DNA from: a virus
Virus record (IMG/VR): IMGVR_UViG_3300008055_000147
Length of the DNA: 44,468 bases
Reading direction: 5' to 3' (one strand)
Below the pieces are notes generated by a model. The model worked only from the letters and a program-made list of their open reading frames with translations. It had not been told where the DNA came from and made no database searches. The position numbers and the translations under genes were made by a program. Shown one piece after another: positions 6,386 to 15,889 of this stretch (position 1 is the first letter of the stretch; every line of letters starts with the position of its first letter).

Positions 6386-6774
6386 TGTGTAGCGGTGGCG
6401 GTGGGGCGGCAACAATCACGCAGCCGGATTACAGCGCATACAACAAGCAGTTCGATCTGCAGAAATCGGCCATTGACCAGGCCATGAACAGTGGCGCACA
6501 GCTGATGCAACAGCAGCTGAATCAGTCCATGACTGCCAAGCAGCAGGCATTGAGTGCGTCTGTTGAGCAGAGGAAGGTGCTGGCCGAGAACACCAACGCT
6601 CAAGCCATGCGGATGGCGGCTTTGATTGGCACACCGCCCCCCGAGAAGTCAGCAGCAGCGCCTGAAGTGGGCAGCGCCAGGGGAATTGAGACCAAAAAAG
6701 GCAAGTCGGCACTACGCATCGGGCTGGATTCCACCAGTCGGATGAGTCAGGGCGCTGGCCTCAACATCACCTAG
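6385..6774 (+). CDS. small virion protein, gp6.7/gp7.3-like paralogue 1
   Basis: N-terminus MCSGGGG, a Q-rich middle, and C-terminus KKGKSALRIG...GAGLNIT. Compare the T7 gp6.7 N-terminus MCFSPK and the gp7.3 C-terminus KKSLSVARSSGGGINI. Lies upstream of the portal gene as in T7. Confidence 0.6.
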   Translation: MCSGGGGAATITQPDYSAYNKQFDLQKSAIDQAMNSGAQLMQQQLNQSMTAKQQALSASVEQRKVLAENTNAQAMRMAALIGTPPPEKSAAAPEVGSARGIETKKGKSALRIGLDSTSRMSQGAGLNIT

Positions 6775-6784
6775 GAGAACGACC

Positions 6785-7183
6785 ATGTGTTTTGGCGGAA
6801 GCCCTCAGGCCCCACAAATCGTCTACCAGGGCCCCAGTCAGGCGGACTTGGACGCTGGCCAGGCATCGCTGGATCTTTACAAGCAGCAGATGACTGACCA
6901 GCAGTCCACTTTCAAGACCCAGCTGCAGGCCCAGATTGACAAAGCCAACAAGGACACAACTGAGCTGCAGTCGAAGTTGTCGTCTGAGTCAGCTGCTGCC
7001 TCTGCTGCCTCTGCTGCTCAGCAGACCGGCGCTTATGCAGCCACTGCAACCCAGACGGACGCACCGGTCAATGCTGCAACAACTGCTGCAGTGATGAAGA
7101 AGGAGAAGCCCAAGAACAACTTGAAGATTGCCTCAGCCGCCACTCCGGCATCTGCTGGCACTGGCCTCAATATCGGAGTCTGA
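6785..7183 (+). CDS. small virion protein, gp6.7/gp7.3-like paralogue 2
   Basis: N-terminus MCFGGSPQ, a Q/A-rich middle, and C-terminus KNNLKIASAATPASAGTGLNIGV. Confidence 0.6.
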   Translation: MCFGGSPQAPQIVYQGPSQADLDAGQASLDLYKQQMTDQQSTFKTQLQAQIDKANKDTTELQSKLSSESAAASAASAAQQTGAYAATATQTDAPVNAATTAAVMKKEKPKNNLKIASAATPASAGTGLNIGV

Positions 7184-7185
7184 CC

Positions 7186-7737
7186 ATGTGCGGTGGTGGT
7201 GGTGGTGGTTCCGTTCCAATCGAGAACCAAAGCGATGAGGACCTTGCCTCGTATCAGGCACCTGTAGGCCAGCTGGCTGGATACGACGAAGAAGGCAACC
7301 CGATCTACGAATACGGCGAGAACTACGGCAGTGAAGTGGAGCAGTACAACTCAGCCCAGGCTGAGATTGACCGCAGGCAACAGCTCAGGGACCAGTTAGC
7401 CGCACAAGCTACTGAGCGGGAAAACGTTCTCCAGATCCAGCGGGACCAGGCCGTTGAGATGGAGCAACAGCAGACGGCAATCGTCACCAAGCAGCAGGAG
7501 CAGGCCGCGCAACTGCAGACCCAGCAAGCCGAGCGCGTGACTGGCATCCGCGCTGCGGGCAACGCCGTCACCCAGTCCCTTCAGATTCTTGGCCGCCAGG
7601 GCGGGAAGCAGGCGCCAACTGCTGCAACCACTGCCCCGGCAGGCAAGAAGGCCGTGTCCCGTATGGCCCCAAGTTCAGGACTGCGGATCGGCTCCACCCA
7701 GGCCGGTTCTGGCGCTGGCGCAAACGTCGCTATCTAG
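7186..7737 (+). CDS. small virion protein, gp6.7/gp7.3-like paralogue 3
   Basis: N-terminus MCGGGGGG, a Q/E-rich coiled-coil-like middle, and C-terminus SSGLRIGSTQAGSGAGANVAI. Confidence 0.6.
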   Translation: MCGGGGGGSVPIENQSDEDLASYQAPVGQLAGYDEEGNPIYEYGENYGSEVEQYNSAQAEIDRRQQLRDQLAAQATERENVLQIQRDQAVEMEQQQTAIVTKQQEQAAQLQTQQAERVTGIRAAGNAVTQSLQILGRQGGKQAPTAATTAPAGKKAVSRMAPSSGLRIGSTQAGSGAGANVAI

Positions 7738-7739
7738 TC

Positions 7740-9365
7740 ATGCCAACTGCTCAACAGCGATATAGCTCCCTTGAAGGGGACCGCAACTACTACCTGGAAC
7801 GGGCCCGGACGGCCTCCAGGCTGACAATTCCCTACCTGATCCCCCAGGGGAATGAGCCAACGGCTGGCACCAGGGAGTCGTACCCCGTGCCATGGAACGG
7901 CATCGGCGCCAGGGGCGTGTTGAACCTGGCCAGCCGCATGTTGCTTGCCCTGCTTCCACCCACCCAGCAGTTCTTCCGCTTTTCGCTGGACGAGGCGGCC
8001 CTGGCACAGCAGGGGGTGGGCCTGGAACAGAAGTCTGAGTTTGAGCTGGCCCTCAGCAAGATCGAGCGCGAAGTCCTGAAAGCGATTGAAACCAGCAATG
8101 ACCGGGTGGTGTTCCATGAAGCCCTCCTCCATTTATTGGTCTCAGGCAATGCCCTCCTCTATATCGGCACCGAGGGGCTGCGGGTATTTCACCTGAACCG
8201 CTACGTCTGCTCCAGGGACCCCATGGGCAACCCTTTGGATGCGGTCGTCTGCGAGGAGCTGCCCATCTACAAGCTGCCCAAGAAGGTGCAGGACATTGTT
8301 AAAGGCGATGAGCCAGATGCCCTGAAAGGAATCCTGGACGACCAGGACCCCGTTGCAGGCAAGGCCCAGGAGAAGACCGTCAAGCTTTACACCTACATCG
8401 AGTGGGGTGAAAAGACGGTTTGCTGGCACCAGGAAGTCCGGGGTCAGAAGATCCCAGGCACTGAAGGCAAAGCACCGCTGGACATCAGCCCCTGGCTGGC
8501 ACTGCGCATGACCCGCGTAGACGGGCAGCCCTATGGCATTGGCTATGTCGAGTCAGCAGCACTGGCTGACCTGCAGACCGCTGAGGTCTTGTCTCAAGCC
8601 GTAGCCGAAGGCGCTCTGGCATCCGCCAAGGTGTTGTTTTTGGTCAAGCCCTCTGGGGTTACCAAGGCTGCCGACCTGGCTCGCGCCCCCAATGGCTCAT
8701 TCGTCACGGGTGACCCCAATGACGTACTGGCCCTACAGGTGCAGAAGTCTCAGGACCTGTCGGTTGCCATGCAAGGCAAGCAACAGATCGAGGCCCGGCT
8801 TAGTCAAGCCTTCATGCTTGCCGATGTGCGGGACTCTGAGCGCACAACGGCTGAAGAAGTACGGCTGCAGGCGCTGCAAATTGAGAACAGCCTGGGTTCC
8901 ATCTACTCAATCCTGACGACTGAGTTTCAGGTCCCCTACGTCTCCCGCAAGCTCGACATCCTGACCCGTGCAGGCAAGGTGCCCAAGCTGCCTAAGGATC
9001 TGGTAAAGCCAGTCATGACAGTGGGTCTGGCTGCGGTAGGCCGTGGCAACGACCTGGAGCAATTGGTCAGATTCACCACCACCCTGGGCCAAACCATGGG
9101 CCCTGAGTCGCTATCCACCTACATCAAGCCCAGCGAGCTGATCAAACGATTGGCCTACTCGATGGGCATTGATGTCCTTGGCCTGGTAAAGACCGAGGAA
9201 GAGCTGGCTGCTGAAGCTCAACAGCAACAGCAGATGGCTCAACAGCAACAGCTGATGGCATCACCGATGGGTGATCCGCAGAAGCTGGCAACTGCGGCGG
9301 CCACCGTGCAGGAAATGCAGCAGCCCGGACTTGCACAACAGTCAGCCGAGGAGGTGACGTCATGA
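7740..9365 (+). CDS. portal (head-tail connector) protein, T7 gp8-like
   Basis: 541 aa. Sits directly upstream of the scaffold and capsid genes, with a Q-rich acidic C-terminal tail. Called by size and synteny. Confidence 0.8.
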   Translation: MPTAQQRYSSLEGDRNYYLERARTASRLTIPYLIPQGNEPTAGTRESYPVPWNGIGARGVLNLASRMLLALLPPTQQFFRFSLDEAALAQQGVGLEQKSEFELALSKIEREVLKAIETSNDRVVFHEALLHLLVSGNALLYIGTEGLRVFHLNRYVCSRDPMGNPLDAVVCEELPIYKLPKKVQDIVKGDEPDALKGILDDQDPVAGKAQEKTVKLYTYIEWGEKTVCWHQEVRGQKIPGTEGKAPLDISPWLALRMTRVDGQPYGIGYVESAALADLQTAEVLSQAVAEGALASAKVLFLVKPSGVTKAADLARAPNGSFVTGDPNDVLALQVQKSQDLSVAMQGKQQIEARLSQAFMLADVRDSERTTAEEVRLQALQIENSLGSIYSILTTEFQVPYVSRKLDILTRAGKVPKLPKDLVKPVMTVGLAAVGRGNDLEQLVRFTTTLGQTMGPESLSTYIKPSELIKRLAYSMGIDVLGLVKTEEELAAEAQQQQQMAQQQQLMASPMGDPQKLATAAATVQEMQQPGLAQQSAEEVTS

Positions 9366-9892
9366 CAATCGAATCATTCAACGTCTACGACTTTGAGGCC
9401 AAGGACGATTTGGAGGCCCTGGTTCAGTGGTATGTGCACGAAAAGCCTCTATTCACAATGCCGCCAGGCGGCCTAATGTTCGTAGACAATGCCTGCGGTG
9501 CCTGTCTTTTTAGGCATGAAAATCTGCAAGTCGAAATGTTCCTTATCCCTCCTGATACAGAGATCCCGGATCATTTGCATCCCAATGTAGACAGCATTGA
9601 AGTGGCTGTTTGGGGTGCTCAGCTCCGACACTCAGGGCAGGTCGTGATGTCATTCGACGAAATGGATCTGAGCCGTGGGTGGGCGCTGCGCGTTCGGCCA
9701 GGTGACTGGCACGGAGGCAAAGCCTCGCCGCTCGGAGCCTGCTTCTTGTCATTTCAAAAATGGATCAACGAAGTACCGCCAACCAGCGTTGTCAACGACT
9801 GGTCTGGCGAAGTGCTTGGCAACAAGCATTTGCACCAAATCACTAGCGGCACCGCTGTGCCCAAAGAACCCACCGAGCAACAACCCGCATGA
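9362..9892 (+). CDS. cupin-fold protein (moron between portal and scaffold)
   Basis: Cupin-like motifs PDHLHPNVDSIEVAVWG and RVRPGDWHGG. GC by eye is about 48-50 percent, below the flanking genes. Confidence 0.55.
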   Translation: MTIESFNVYDFEAKDDLEALVQWYVHEKPLFTMPPGGLMFVDNACGACLFRHENLQVEMFLIPPDTEIPDHLHPNVDSIEVAVWGAQLRHSGQVVMSFDEMDLSRGWALRVRPGDWHGGKASPLGACFLSFQKWINEVPPTSVVNDWSGEVLGNKHLHQITSGTAVPKEPTEQQPA

Positions 9893-10734
9893 CCACGACC
9901 CCACAGCTGACCACGCCTGAGGGCATCGAAGGGATGGTGGCCCCTGGCCAGGAGAACATCCTGGAGGAGTTCGTCAAAGAGCAGGAGACGCAGGAGCCTG
10001 AACTGCTACTAGGCAAGTTCAGGTCGCAGGACGACCTGGCCAAGGCATACCAGGAGCTGGAGAAGAAGCTGGGTCAGCCCAAAGAGCAGGCGGCTAATAC
10101 CGCCGAGCCAGAAGCGCCGGCCACGCCGCAGGAGTACAGCCGGGAGACCTCAATTGACGACTACGGCGAAGCCCTGTCCGACAAGTTTGAAGAAGCCCAG
10201 CTCAACCCCTACGAGATGGCTGCCGCCTGGGAGCGGGGTGACGACATTTCCAGCTACGTCGAGAAGCTCACCGGCACCGGCATCCCCAGGCAAGTGATTG
10301 AGCAGTACCTGGCCAGGGCCGAGGCCCAGGGCTCAACCCCTGCAGAAGCCCCAGGACTGACTGAATCAGACGCCGCTGAACTCAAGGCCATGGTCGGCGG
10401 GGACGCTGCCTTTAGCAAGTTGAGTCAGTGGGCTGCCAGCAACCTGGAGCAAGGCGAACTGGCCAAATACAACGCCGTGGTGGACAGCGGCAACAAAGAC
10501 GCCATCGAGTGGGCGCTGAAGGCCCTGCAGGCGCGGGTAGCCGCACCTGACTCCGTAGTGGAGCCAAAGCTCTACGGGGGTGGTGAAGCCGCAGCTGAGA
10601 CCAAGTTTGAAAGCCAGCAACAGGTTTTGGACGCAATGAACAAGCGGAATGGTCGCGGCCAGCGCATGTATGACGTTGATGAGGCTTATCGGGACAAGGT
10701 TCAGAGGTTGTTGGCAGTTAGCGATGTGTTCTAG
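9889..10734 (+). CDS. scaffolding protein (T7 gp9-like)
   Basis: 281 aa, highly acidic and A/E/Q-rich, between portal and capsid. Confidence 0.7.
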   Translation: MTTTPQLTTPEGIEGMVAPGQENILEEFVKEQETQEPELLLGKFRSQDDLAKAYQELEKKLGQPKEQAANTAEPEAPATPQEYSRETSIDDYGEALSDKFEEAQLNPYEMAAAWERGDDISSYVEKLTGTGIPRQVIEQYLARAEAQGSTPAEAPGLTESDAAELKAMVGGDAAFSKLSQWAASNLEQGELAKYNAVVDSGNKDAIEWALKALQARVAAPDSVVEPKLYGGGEAAAETKFESQQQVLDAMNKRNGRGQRMYDVDEAYRDKVQRLLAVSDVF

Positions 10735-10842
10735 TAGCGTTAATTCAGAACGCAACCGGATCGACAGGCCCTTTCAGGAGGACAACCTGTGGCGGTGAAG
10801 GAACAAGCGGGCTAAAAAACCACTTTTTCGTCACTACTAACA

Positions 10843-11916
10843 ATGGCTGTCAACGACGTTTTACTAAACCGTCTTGGCCAGATCAAAGGCGCTGCCGCCA
10901 CTTGGGGCGCTGGCGCTACTGGCCTTGATGCAGACCGCGCCCTGATGCTCAAGCTCGGCTCTGCCGAAGTCCTTGATGCTTTTATGACCGCTTGCCTGTT
11001 CAAAGGCAAGACCCGTGAGCGGAACATCCGTGGCGGCAAGTCGGTGGCATTTCCGATCACCGGCAAAATGTCTGCCCGGTATCACCAGCCCGGTACACCC
11101 ATCCTGGGTGAAGGCAACAATCCTTCCGACATCAACGAGCGGGTTATCAGCCTCGACGCTCTGATGATTGCAGATGCTGCGATCTATCAGCTTGACGAGC
11201 TGATGTCCTACTTCGACGTTCGGCAGATCTACACGACTGAGCTGGGCCGTGCCCTCGCTTACGAGTGGGACAAGCGTGTCGCCCGCATGATTTTTGCCGC
11301 CGCTAGCAACGCGACGGAGCCCCTGGCTAAGAACGGTGGCGCCTCACCTGCTGGTCCTGCGGACAACCGTGGCCGCGTCGGCAAGGTGATCACCTTGGGC
11401 ACCGACTACACCACCGCTGGCGCAACCCGCCAGGCCAAGGGTGATGCGTTGGTGAACGCCATCTTTGACGCTCGAATCAGCTTCGAGAAGAAAGATGTGC
11501 CCACCGACAGCCTGTATGCGGTCTTCACTCCTGATGACTACTACGCCATCACGATGTCCAGCCGGGCGATCAACACCGACTTCAATGGCAGCAGCGGCTC
11601 CAACGGCACCATTGCCGAAGGCACCGCCATGCGTGTTGCTGGTATCCCCATCTACTCCAGCAACTTCATTGAGCAGCCTGCCTACACCCTGAAGGCTGGC
11701 GACTACAACGCTGACTACGCTCAGAACCTGAGCAAGTGCAAGGCGCTGATCTTCAACCGTGATGCGGTTGGTGTTCTCACCTTGCTCTCACCTTCCCTCC
11801 AGCTGACGGGCGAGGAGTTCCGGGTTCAGTACCAGTCCGACTTGCTTGTGGCCCGCCAAGCCATCGGCATGGGCGTACTGCGGGCTGAGTCTGCCTGCGC
11901 AATTGTCGTCCCCTAG
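10843..11916 (+). CDS. major capsid protein (T7 gp10-like)
   Basis: ALMLKLGSAEVLDAF, GGKSVAFPITGKMSARYHQPG and ERVISLDALMIADAAIYQLDELMSYFDVRQIYTTELG align with the T7 gp10 blocks LALFLKVFGGEVLTAF, SGKSAQFPVLGRTQAAYLAPG and EKVITIDGLLTADVLIYDIEDAMNHYDVRSEYTSQLG. Confidence 0.92.
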   Translation: MAVNDVLLNRLGQIKGAAATWGAGATGLDADRALMLKLGSAEVLDAFMTACLFKGKTRERNIRGGKSVAFPITGKMSARYHQPGTPILGEGNNPSDINERVISLDALMIADAAIYQLDELMSYFDVRQIYTTELGRALAYEWDKRVARMIFAAASNATEPLAKNGGASPAGPADNRGRVGKVITLGTDYTTAGATRQAKGDALVNAIFDARISFEKKDVPTDSLYAVFTPDDYYAITMSSRAINTDFNGSSGSNGTIAEGTAMRVAGIPIYSSNFIEQPAYTLKAGDYNADYAQNLSKCKALIFNRDAVGVLTLLSPSLQLTGEEFRVQYQSDLLVARQAIGMGVLRAESACAIVVP

Positions 11917-11943
11917 GCTTTTAGGGGGCAAAGGAGTATCCGA

Positions 11944-11976
11944 GGGGTCAGGCCGCGCACCTGGCCCCTTTTTTTT
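11944..11976 (+). terminator. rho-independent terminator after the capsid gene (analogue of T7 T-phi)
   Basis: GGGGTCAGG-ccgcgca-CCTGGCCCC (9-bp stem with one G-U pair) followed by TTTTTTTT. Confidence 0.8.
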
Positions 11977-12013
11977 GGCGCTCTACCATTAGTCCACAGC
12001 CGTGTAAGGGTCG

Positions 12014-12676
12014 ATGGGCCTACAGAACCAGTCAGCCACCCCAGGCAGGACCAACATCCTGGGGGCTGTCAACACCCTTTTGATGAACGTGGGCGAAATG
12101 CCCGTGGATTCGCTCAGCAACGTCCAGGTGCAGGACGCCAGGATTGCTGAAGCCACAATCCTGGAACTGCACAAGGAGGGGCAAACCAAGGGCTGGAGCT
12201 GGAACACCGAGCACGACTACCCCTTCCAGAAGGACACCGCCACCACCGAGATCGTGGTGCCAGCCAATGTGATGCGGTGGGTGCCAAACCCGTACAACTA
12301 CGCCAGGCGTTTTGAGCTGCGGGGGCAGAAGGTCTACGACCGTGACACCCGTTCCACCAAGTTTGACGACACCATCACCGAGATTCGGGCCGATGTGGTG
12401 TGGCTGCTGGATTGGGATTCCTGCCCTGAGCCCTACAACCGCTACGCGACCATGCGGGCCGCCAGGGTTTTTAGTGCCAGGACCCTGGGCAACGACTCCC
12501 TGGTGCGCTTTTCAGCAGCTGATGAGCAGGCAGCACTGACAGAGCTGCAGCGGATGGAGCTGGAAAACAACGAATACAACCTGCTGACTGGTGGTCGTGG
12601 CCTAAGCCCATTCCCGACTTACCAGCCTGGCTTTGGCCTGCTGCGGAACCTCCAGGGAGGCCGGGTCATTGGCTGA
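12014..12676 (+). CDS. tail tubular protein A (T7 gp11-like)
   Basis: LGAVNTLLMNVGEMPVDSL...GWSWN...VYDR... parallels T7 gp11 LSAVNDILASIGEPPVSTL...GWTFN...VYDR. Synteny fits. Confidence 0.85.
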   Translation: MGLQNQSATPGRTNILGAVNTLLMNVGEMPVDSLSNVQVQDARIAEATILELHKEGQTKGWSWNTEHDYPFQKDTATTEIVVPANVMRWVPNPYNYARRFELRGQKVYDRDTRSTKFDDTITEIRADVVWLLDWDSCPEPYNRYATMRAARVFSARTLGNDSLVRFSAADEQAALTELQRMELENNEYNLLTGGRGLSPFPTYQPGFGLLRNLQGGRVIG

Positions 12677-15437
12677 TCTTGTTAGCTACACCATTCCATC
12701 GCTGATCCAAGGGGTCAGCAACCAGCCGGATGCGCAGCGTGATCCAACGCAGGGTGAAATCCAGATCAATGGCGTGTCGTCCATTGCCGAGGGGCTGCGA
12801 AAGCGTGATGGCACCAGGGTGATCGCCAAGGTGTCGGACACCCCGTTTGGAGATGCCTTCATTCACAGCATCCTGCGGGATGACAACGAGAAATACCTAG
12901 CGATCATTACCAAAACGGCAGTCAAGGTCTTCGACCTGGCCGGCACCCAGTTCACGGTCAATGCCCCTGGGGGCTACGGCTATTTGACCAACGTGACCGA
13001 TGCCCGGCAGCAGATCAGGGCATCCTCGATTGCCGACTACACCTTCATCTCCAACACCAACACGGTGACCGAGATGGACCCGGCGCTGGCGCCGCAGGCA
13101 ACCCGCCCAAGCCCACATGAGGCCCTGGTGTGGGTCAAGGCAGCCAACTACGGACAGAAATACAAGGTCACGGTCAATGGTGTAGCGGTAACGGTCACTA
13201 CAGCTGTGACCCCGGTGGTCAGCACCGGATCAATAGTGACGGAAAACCGGATCAGCACTGCTGACATTGCAGCGCAGATCAGTGCGGCGTTGCTTTACGG
13301 AGCGGTCACGGCGCTGACGTTCACGGCATCGGCCACCACCTTGGTTGGGGTCAAGAACGCGCTGCCCACCACCACGGATGGGAGCGGATCGGGACTGCTT
13401 GTGGATGTGACTGGCGCTGCTGGTTTTGTCTCAGCCTGTGCGATCAGTGCTGGTGGAGTGGGCTATCAGGCGGGCGCCAAGATCTTTGTGGCCCGCTACT
13501 TGCTAGATGGGGGCGCCGACACCACGCCGGTTCAAGTGGCGACTGTTGGTACTGCAGCAGCTGGTCTGTTGAGTGGCGTAACGATTAGCCAGTCGGGGTC
13601 GGTGTTGTGGCTGCGATCAAGCAGCGCGATGACAATTGCCGCTTCGGATGCCAGGGCCAATGCCGACATCACGGCAATCCTGAGTCAAGTCCAGGCATTT
13701 ACTGAACTGCCCACCATTGCCCCTGTGGGGTATCAAGTCGAGATCACGGGCGACCCCGGCAACAACTTCGACGGGTATTACGTCGAGTTCAAGCCCAAAT
13801 CCGGCACGTTTGGCGAGGGCACCTGGAGTGAGGTGGTCAGCCCTGGAGTCGAGTACAAGATCAAGGCCACGACCATGCCGCACATCCTGGTGCGGCTGCC
13901 AAGCGGGCAGTTCCATTTCGGACCCGCAGATGGCAGCACCCAGGGCGGAGTTGTTCTTCCCGCTTGGGGGCAGCGAACGGCTGGTGACTACAACACCTCG
14001 CCAGACCCCAGCTTTATCGGATACGCCATCAACGACCTGACGGTTTACAAAAGCCGGCTAGTGATGCTGGCCGACGAGAACATCATCTTGAGCCGCACCA
14101 GGGAGTTCTTTGAGTTCTTCCCCGAGACGGTGACCACGGTGCTCGACACCGATCCGATTGATCTGGTGGCCAGCAACAACCGGGTGTCGGTGTTGCGTTA
14201 CGCGGTGCCGTACCAGGACGAATTGATCCTGTTCAGCAGCCAGTACCAGTTCCGCTTCAACGCGGCTGAGACGGTGCTGACACCTGCGACAGCGCAGATC
14301 ACCGTGCTGACTCAATATGAGCTGGACCCTCTCTTGCGGCCCCAGCAGGTTGGTGGCGGGATTGTGTTCTGCCAGGCCAATGGTGGCTGGTCCCAGTTCC
14401 GGGAGTTCAGCTTTCGTGGTGCCGGCACGGCCCTTACCGCCGACACCCAGGACCTGACCGCTTATGTCTCCTCTTACATCCCAAGGGGTGTTTATAAGGC
14501 GGCGGTGAATGACACTGGCAATTCCGCGTACTTCATAAGCAGTCAGACCGGGTACGAAAACCGGATCTACGTCTACAAGTTTTTCTTCCGCAACACCGGC
14601 AACGGTGCAGAACGGGCCCAAAGCAGCTGGAGCTACTGGGAGTTCAAAGGCAAGGTGTTGCAGGTCATCTGCATCAGGGAAGTGCTGTACTGCCTATTCC
14701 AGCAAGGCAGCCAGGTTTTCCTTGAGCTGATCCCAGTGCAAGACCGCTCCAACACAAGCGTTTACCCATTGCTGCTGGACCGAGAGATAAGCACCACAAC
14801 CGACACGCCAACCGCCCTGCGGGTCGCGCCCGGTGTTTACAGCGCCATCACCAAGCAGACGACCTGGACCCTGCCATTCACGATGCTGGCGCTGACTGAG
14901 GCGTGGTCCGCGCTTACTCAGTCAGCGACATCCACTTCTGGAGGCTTTGTCGGGGGAGTAAAGCTCGCAAGTGCCAGCTCTGGCAACACGCTGACGGCCA
15001 AAGGGGACTGGTCTACCGCTGAAGTGTTCTTTGGGGAATCTTTTCAGTTCCGCTATCGCTTCAGCCGATTTAAGTACATGAAAGAGCTGGGCGGCGGAAA
15101 GGCATCAGCCAATTACATGCGCACCCAAGTAAGAAGCGCCAAGCTTCGTTATCACGAAACCGGATACTTTGAGATCCATGTGTTTCCTGAGTACCGAGAG
15201 CCAGGCAAGTACATCTTTGATGGGACTGTAATTGCTGTTAGGGATAGCCGGATTGGTCAGTTGGCATCGGACGAAGAGGATGCCCAGCGGTATTACGAGG
15301 GCGTTTTCAACATCCCAATCATGAGCCGTGGCAACCAATGCCTGGTGGAGATCAGAAACCCCACGCCGCACCCGTGCAAGTTCTCAACCTGTGAATGGGC
15401 AGCAATCCTTAGCGGCAAGACGCGAGGTCTCCAATGA
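12669..15437 (+). CDS. tail tubular protein B (T7 gp12-like)
   Basis: About 920 aa. N-terminus (L)ADLVSYTIPSLIQGVSNQPD resembles T7 gp12 MALISQSIKNLKGGISQQPD. The likely TTG start at 12669 overlaps the gp11-like stop. The track ORF begins at 12633. Confidence 0.85.
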   Translation: MADLVSYTIPSLIQGVSNQPDAQRDPTQGEIQINGVSSIAEGLRKRDGTRVIAKVSDTPFGDAFIHSILRDDNEKYLAIITKTAVKVFDLAGTQFTVNAPGGYGYLTNVTDARQQIRASSIADYTFISNTNTVTEMDPALAPQATRPSPHEALVWVKAANYGQKYKVTVNGVAVTVTTAVTPVVSTGSIVTENRISTADIAAQISAALLYGAVTALTFTASATTLVGVKNALPTTTDGSGSGLLVDVTGAAGFVSACAISAGGVGYQAGAKIFVARYLLDGGADTTPVQVATVGTAAAGLLSGVTISQSGSVLWLRSSSAMTIAASDARANADITAILSQVQAFTELPTIAPVGYQVEITGDPGNNFDGYYVEFKPKSGTFGEGTWSEVVSPGVEYKIKATTMPHILVRLPSGQFHFGPADGSTQGGVVLPAWGQRTAGDYNTSPDPSFIGYAINDLTVYKSRLVMLADENIILSRTREFFEFFPETVTTVLDTDPIDLVASNNRVSVLRYAVPYQDELILFSSQYQFRFNAAETVLTPATAQITVLTQYELDPLLRPQQVGGGIVFCQANGGWSQFREFSFRGAGTALTADTQDLTAYVSSYIPRGVYKAAVNDTGNSAYFISSQTGYENRIYVYKFFFRNTGNGAERAQSSWSYWEFKGKVLQVICIREVLYCLFQQGSQVFLELIPVQDRSNTSVYPLLLDREISTTTDTPTALRVAPGVYSAITKQTTWTLPFTMLALTEAWSALTQSATSTSGGFVGGVKLASASSGNTLTAKGDWSTAEVFFGESFQFRYRFSRFKYMKELGGGKASANYMRTQVRSAKLRYHETGYFEIHVFPEYREPGKYIFDGTVIAVRDSRIGQLASDEEDAQRYYEGVFNIPIMSRGNQCLVEIRNPTPHPCKFSTCEWAAILSGKTRGLQ

Positions 15438-15889
15438 AGTGGGCAACGGCGACTGAGGAGCGAGTCACGCACATTGCTCAGCACCTCCGCAAAGAAGATC
15501 GGCGGGAGGTTCTGGCCAGCCATGGCCTGGCTGGCGAGCAGTGTGTGATGAACAGCTGGAGGGCCAGCGCAGTGGTGCGCTGCATCTGTTTAGACGACCA
15601 AACCCCAGTCGCTGTCTGCGGTGTGGTTGAGGCAGAGCACGGCGGGGTGATCTGGCTGCTGGGGACAGATCGCCTGTTTGAGACTGCTGCCGACACCCGC
15701 CAGTTCATCAGGGGTGGAAAGATCTGGGTGAATGGGCTAATAGATGACTGGGGGCAGCTCCATAATTGGGTCTACAACAAGAACCAGCGGTCCATGGTCT
15801 GGCTTCGCTCCCTTGGGTTCACCATTCATCCGGCATCACCCATGGGGCCTTTTGCTGAGTTGTTCTGCTACGTCGAGAGGAGGGCCTGA
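15434..15889 (+). CDS. internal virion protein A (T7 gp13-like, acetyltransferase-like fold)
   Basis: 151 aa between the gp12-like and gp14-like genes. The C-terminal NQRSMVWLRSLGFTI is GNAT-like. Called mainly by synteny. Confidence 0.55.
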   Translation: MKWATATEERVTHIAQHLRKEDRREVLASHGLAGEQCVMNSWRASAVVRCICLDDQTPVAVCGVVEAEHGGVIWLLGTDRLFETAADTRQFIRGGKIWVNGLIDDWGQLHNWVYNKNQRSMVWLRSLGFTIHPASPMGPFAELFCYVERRA

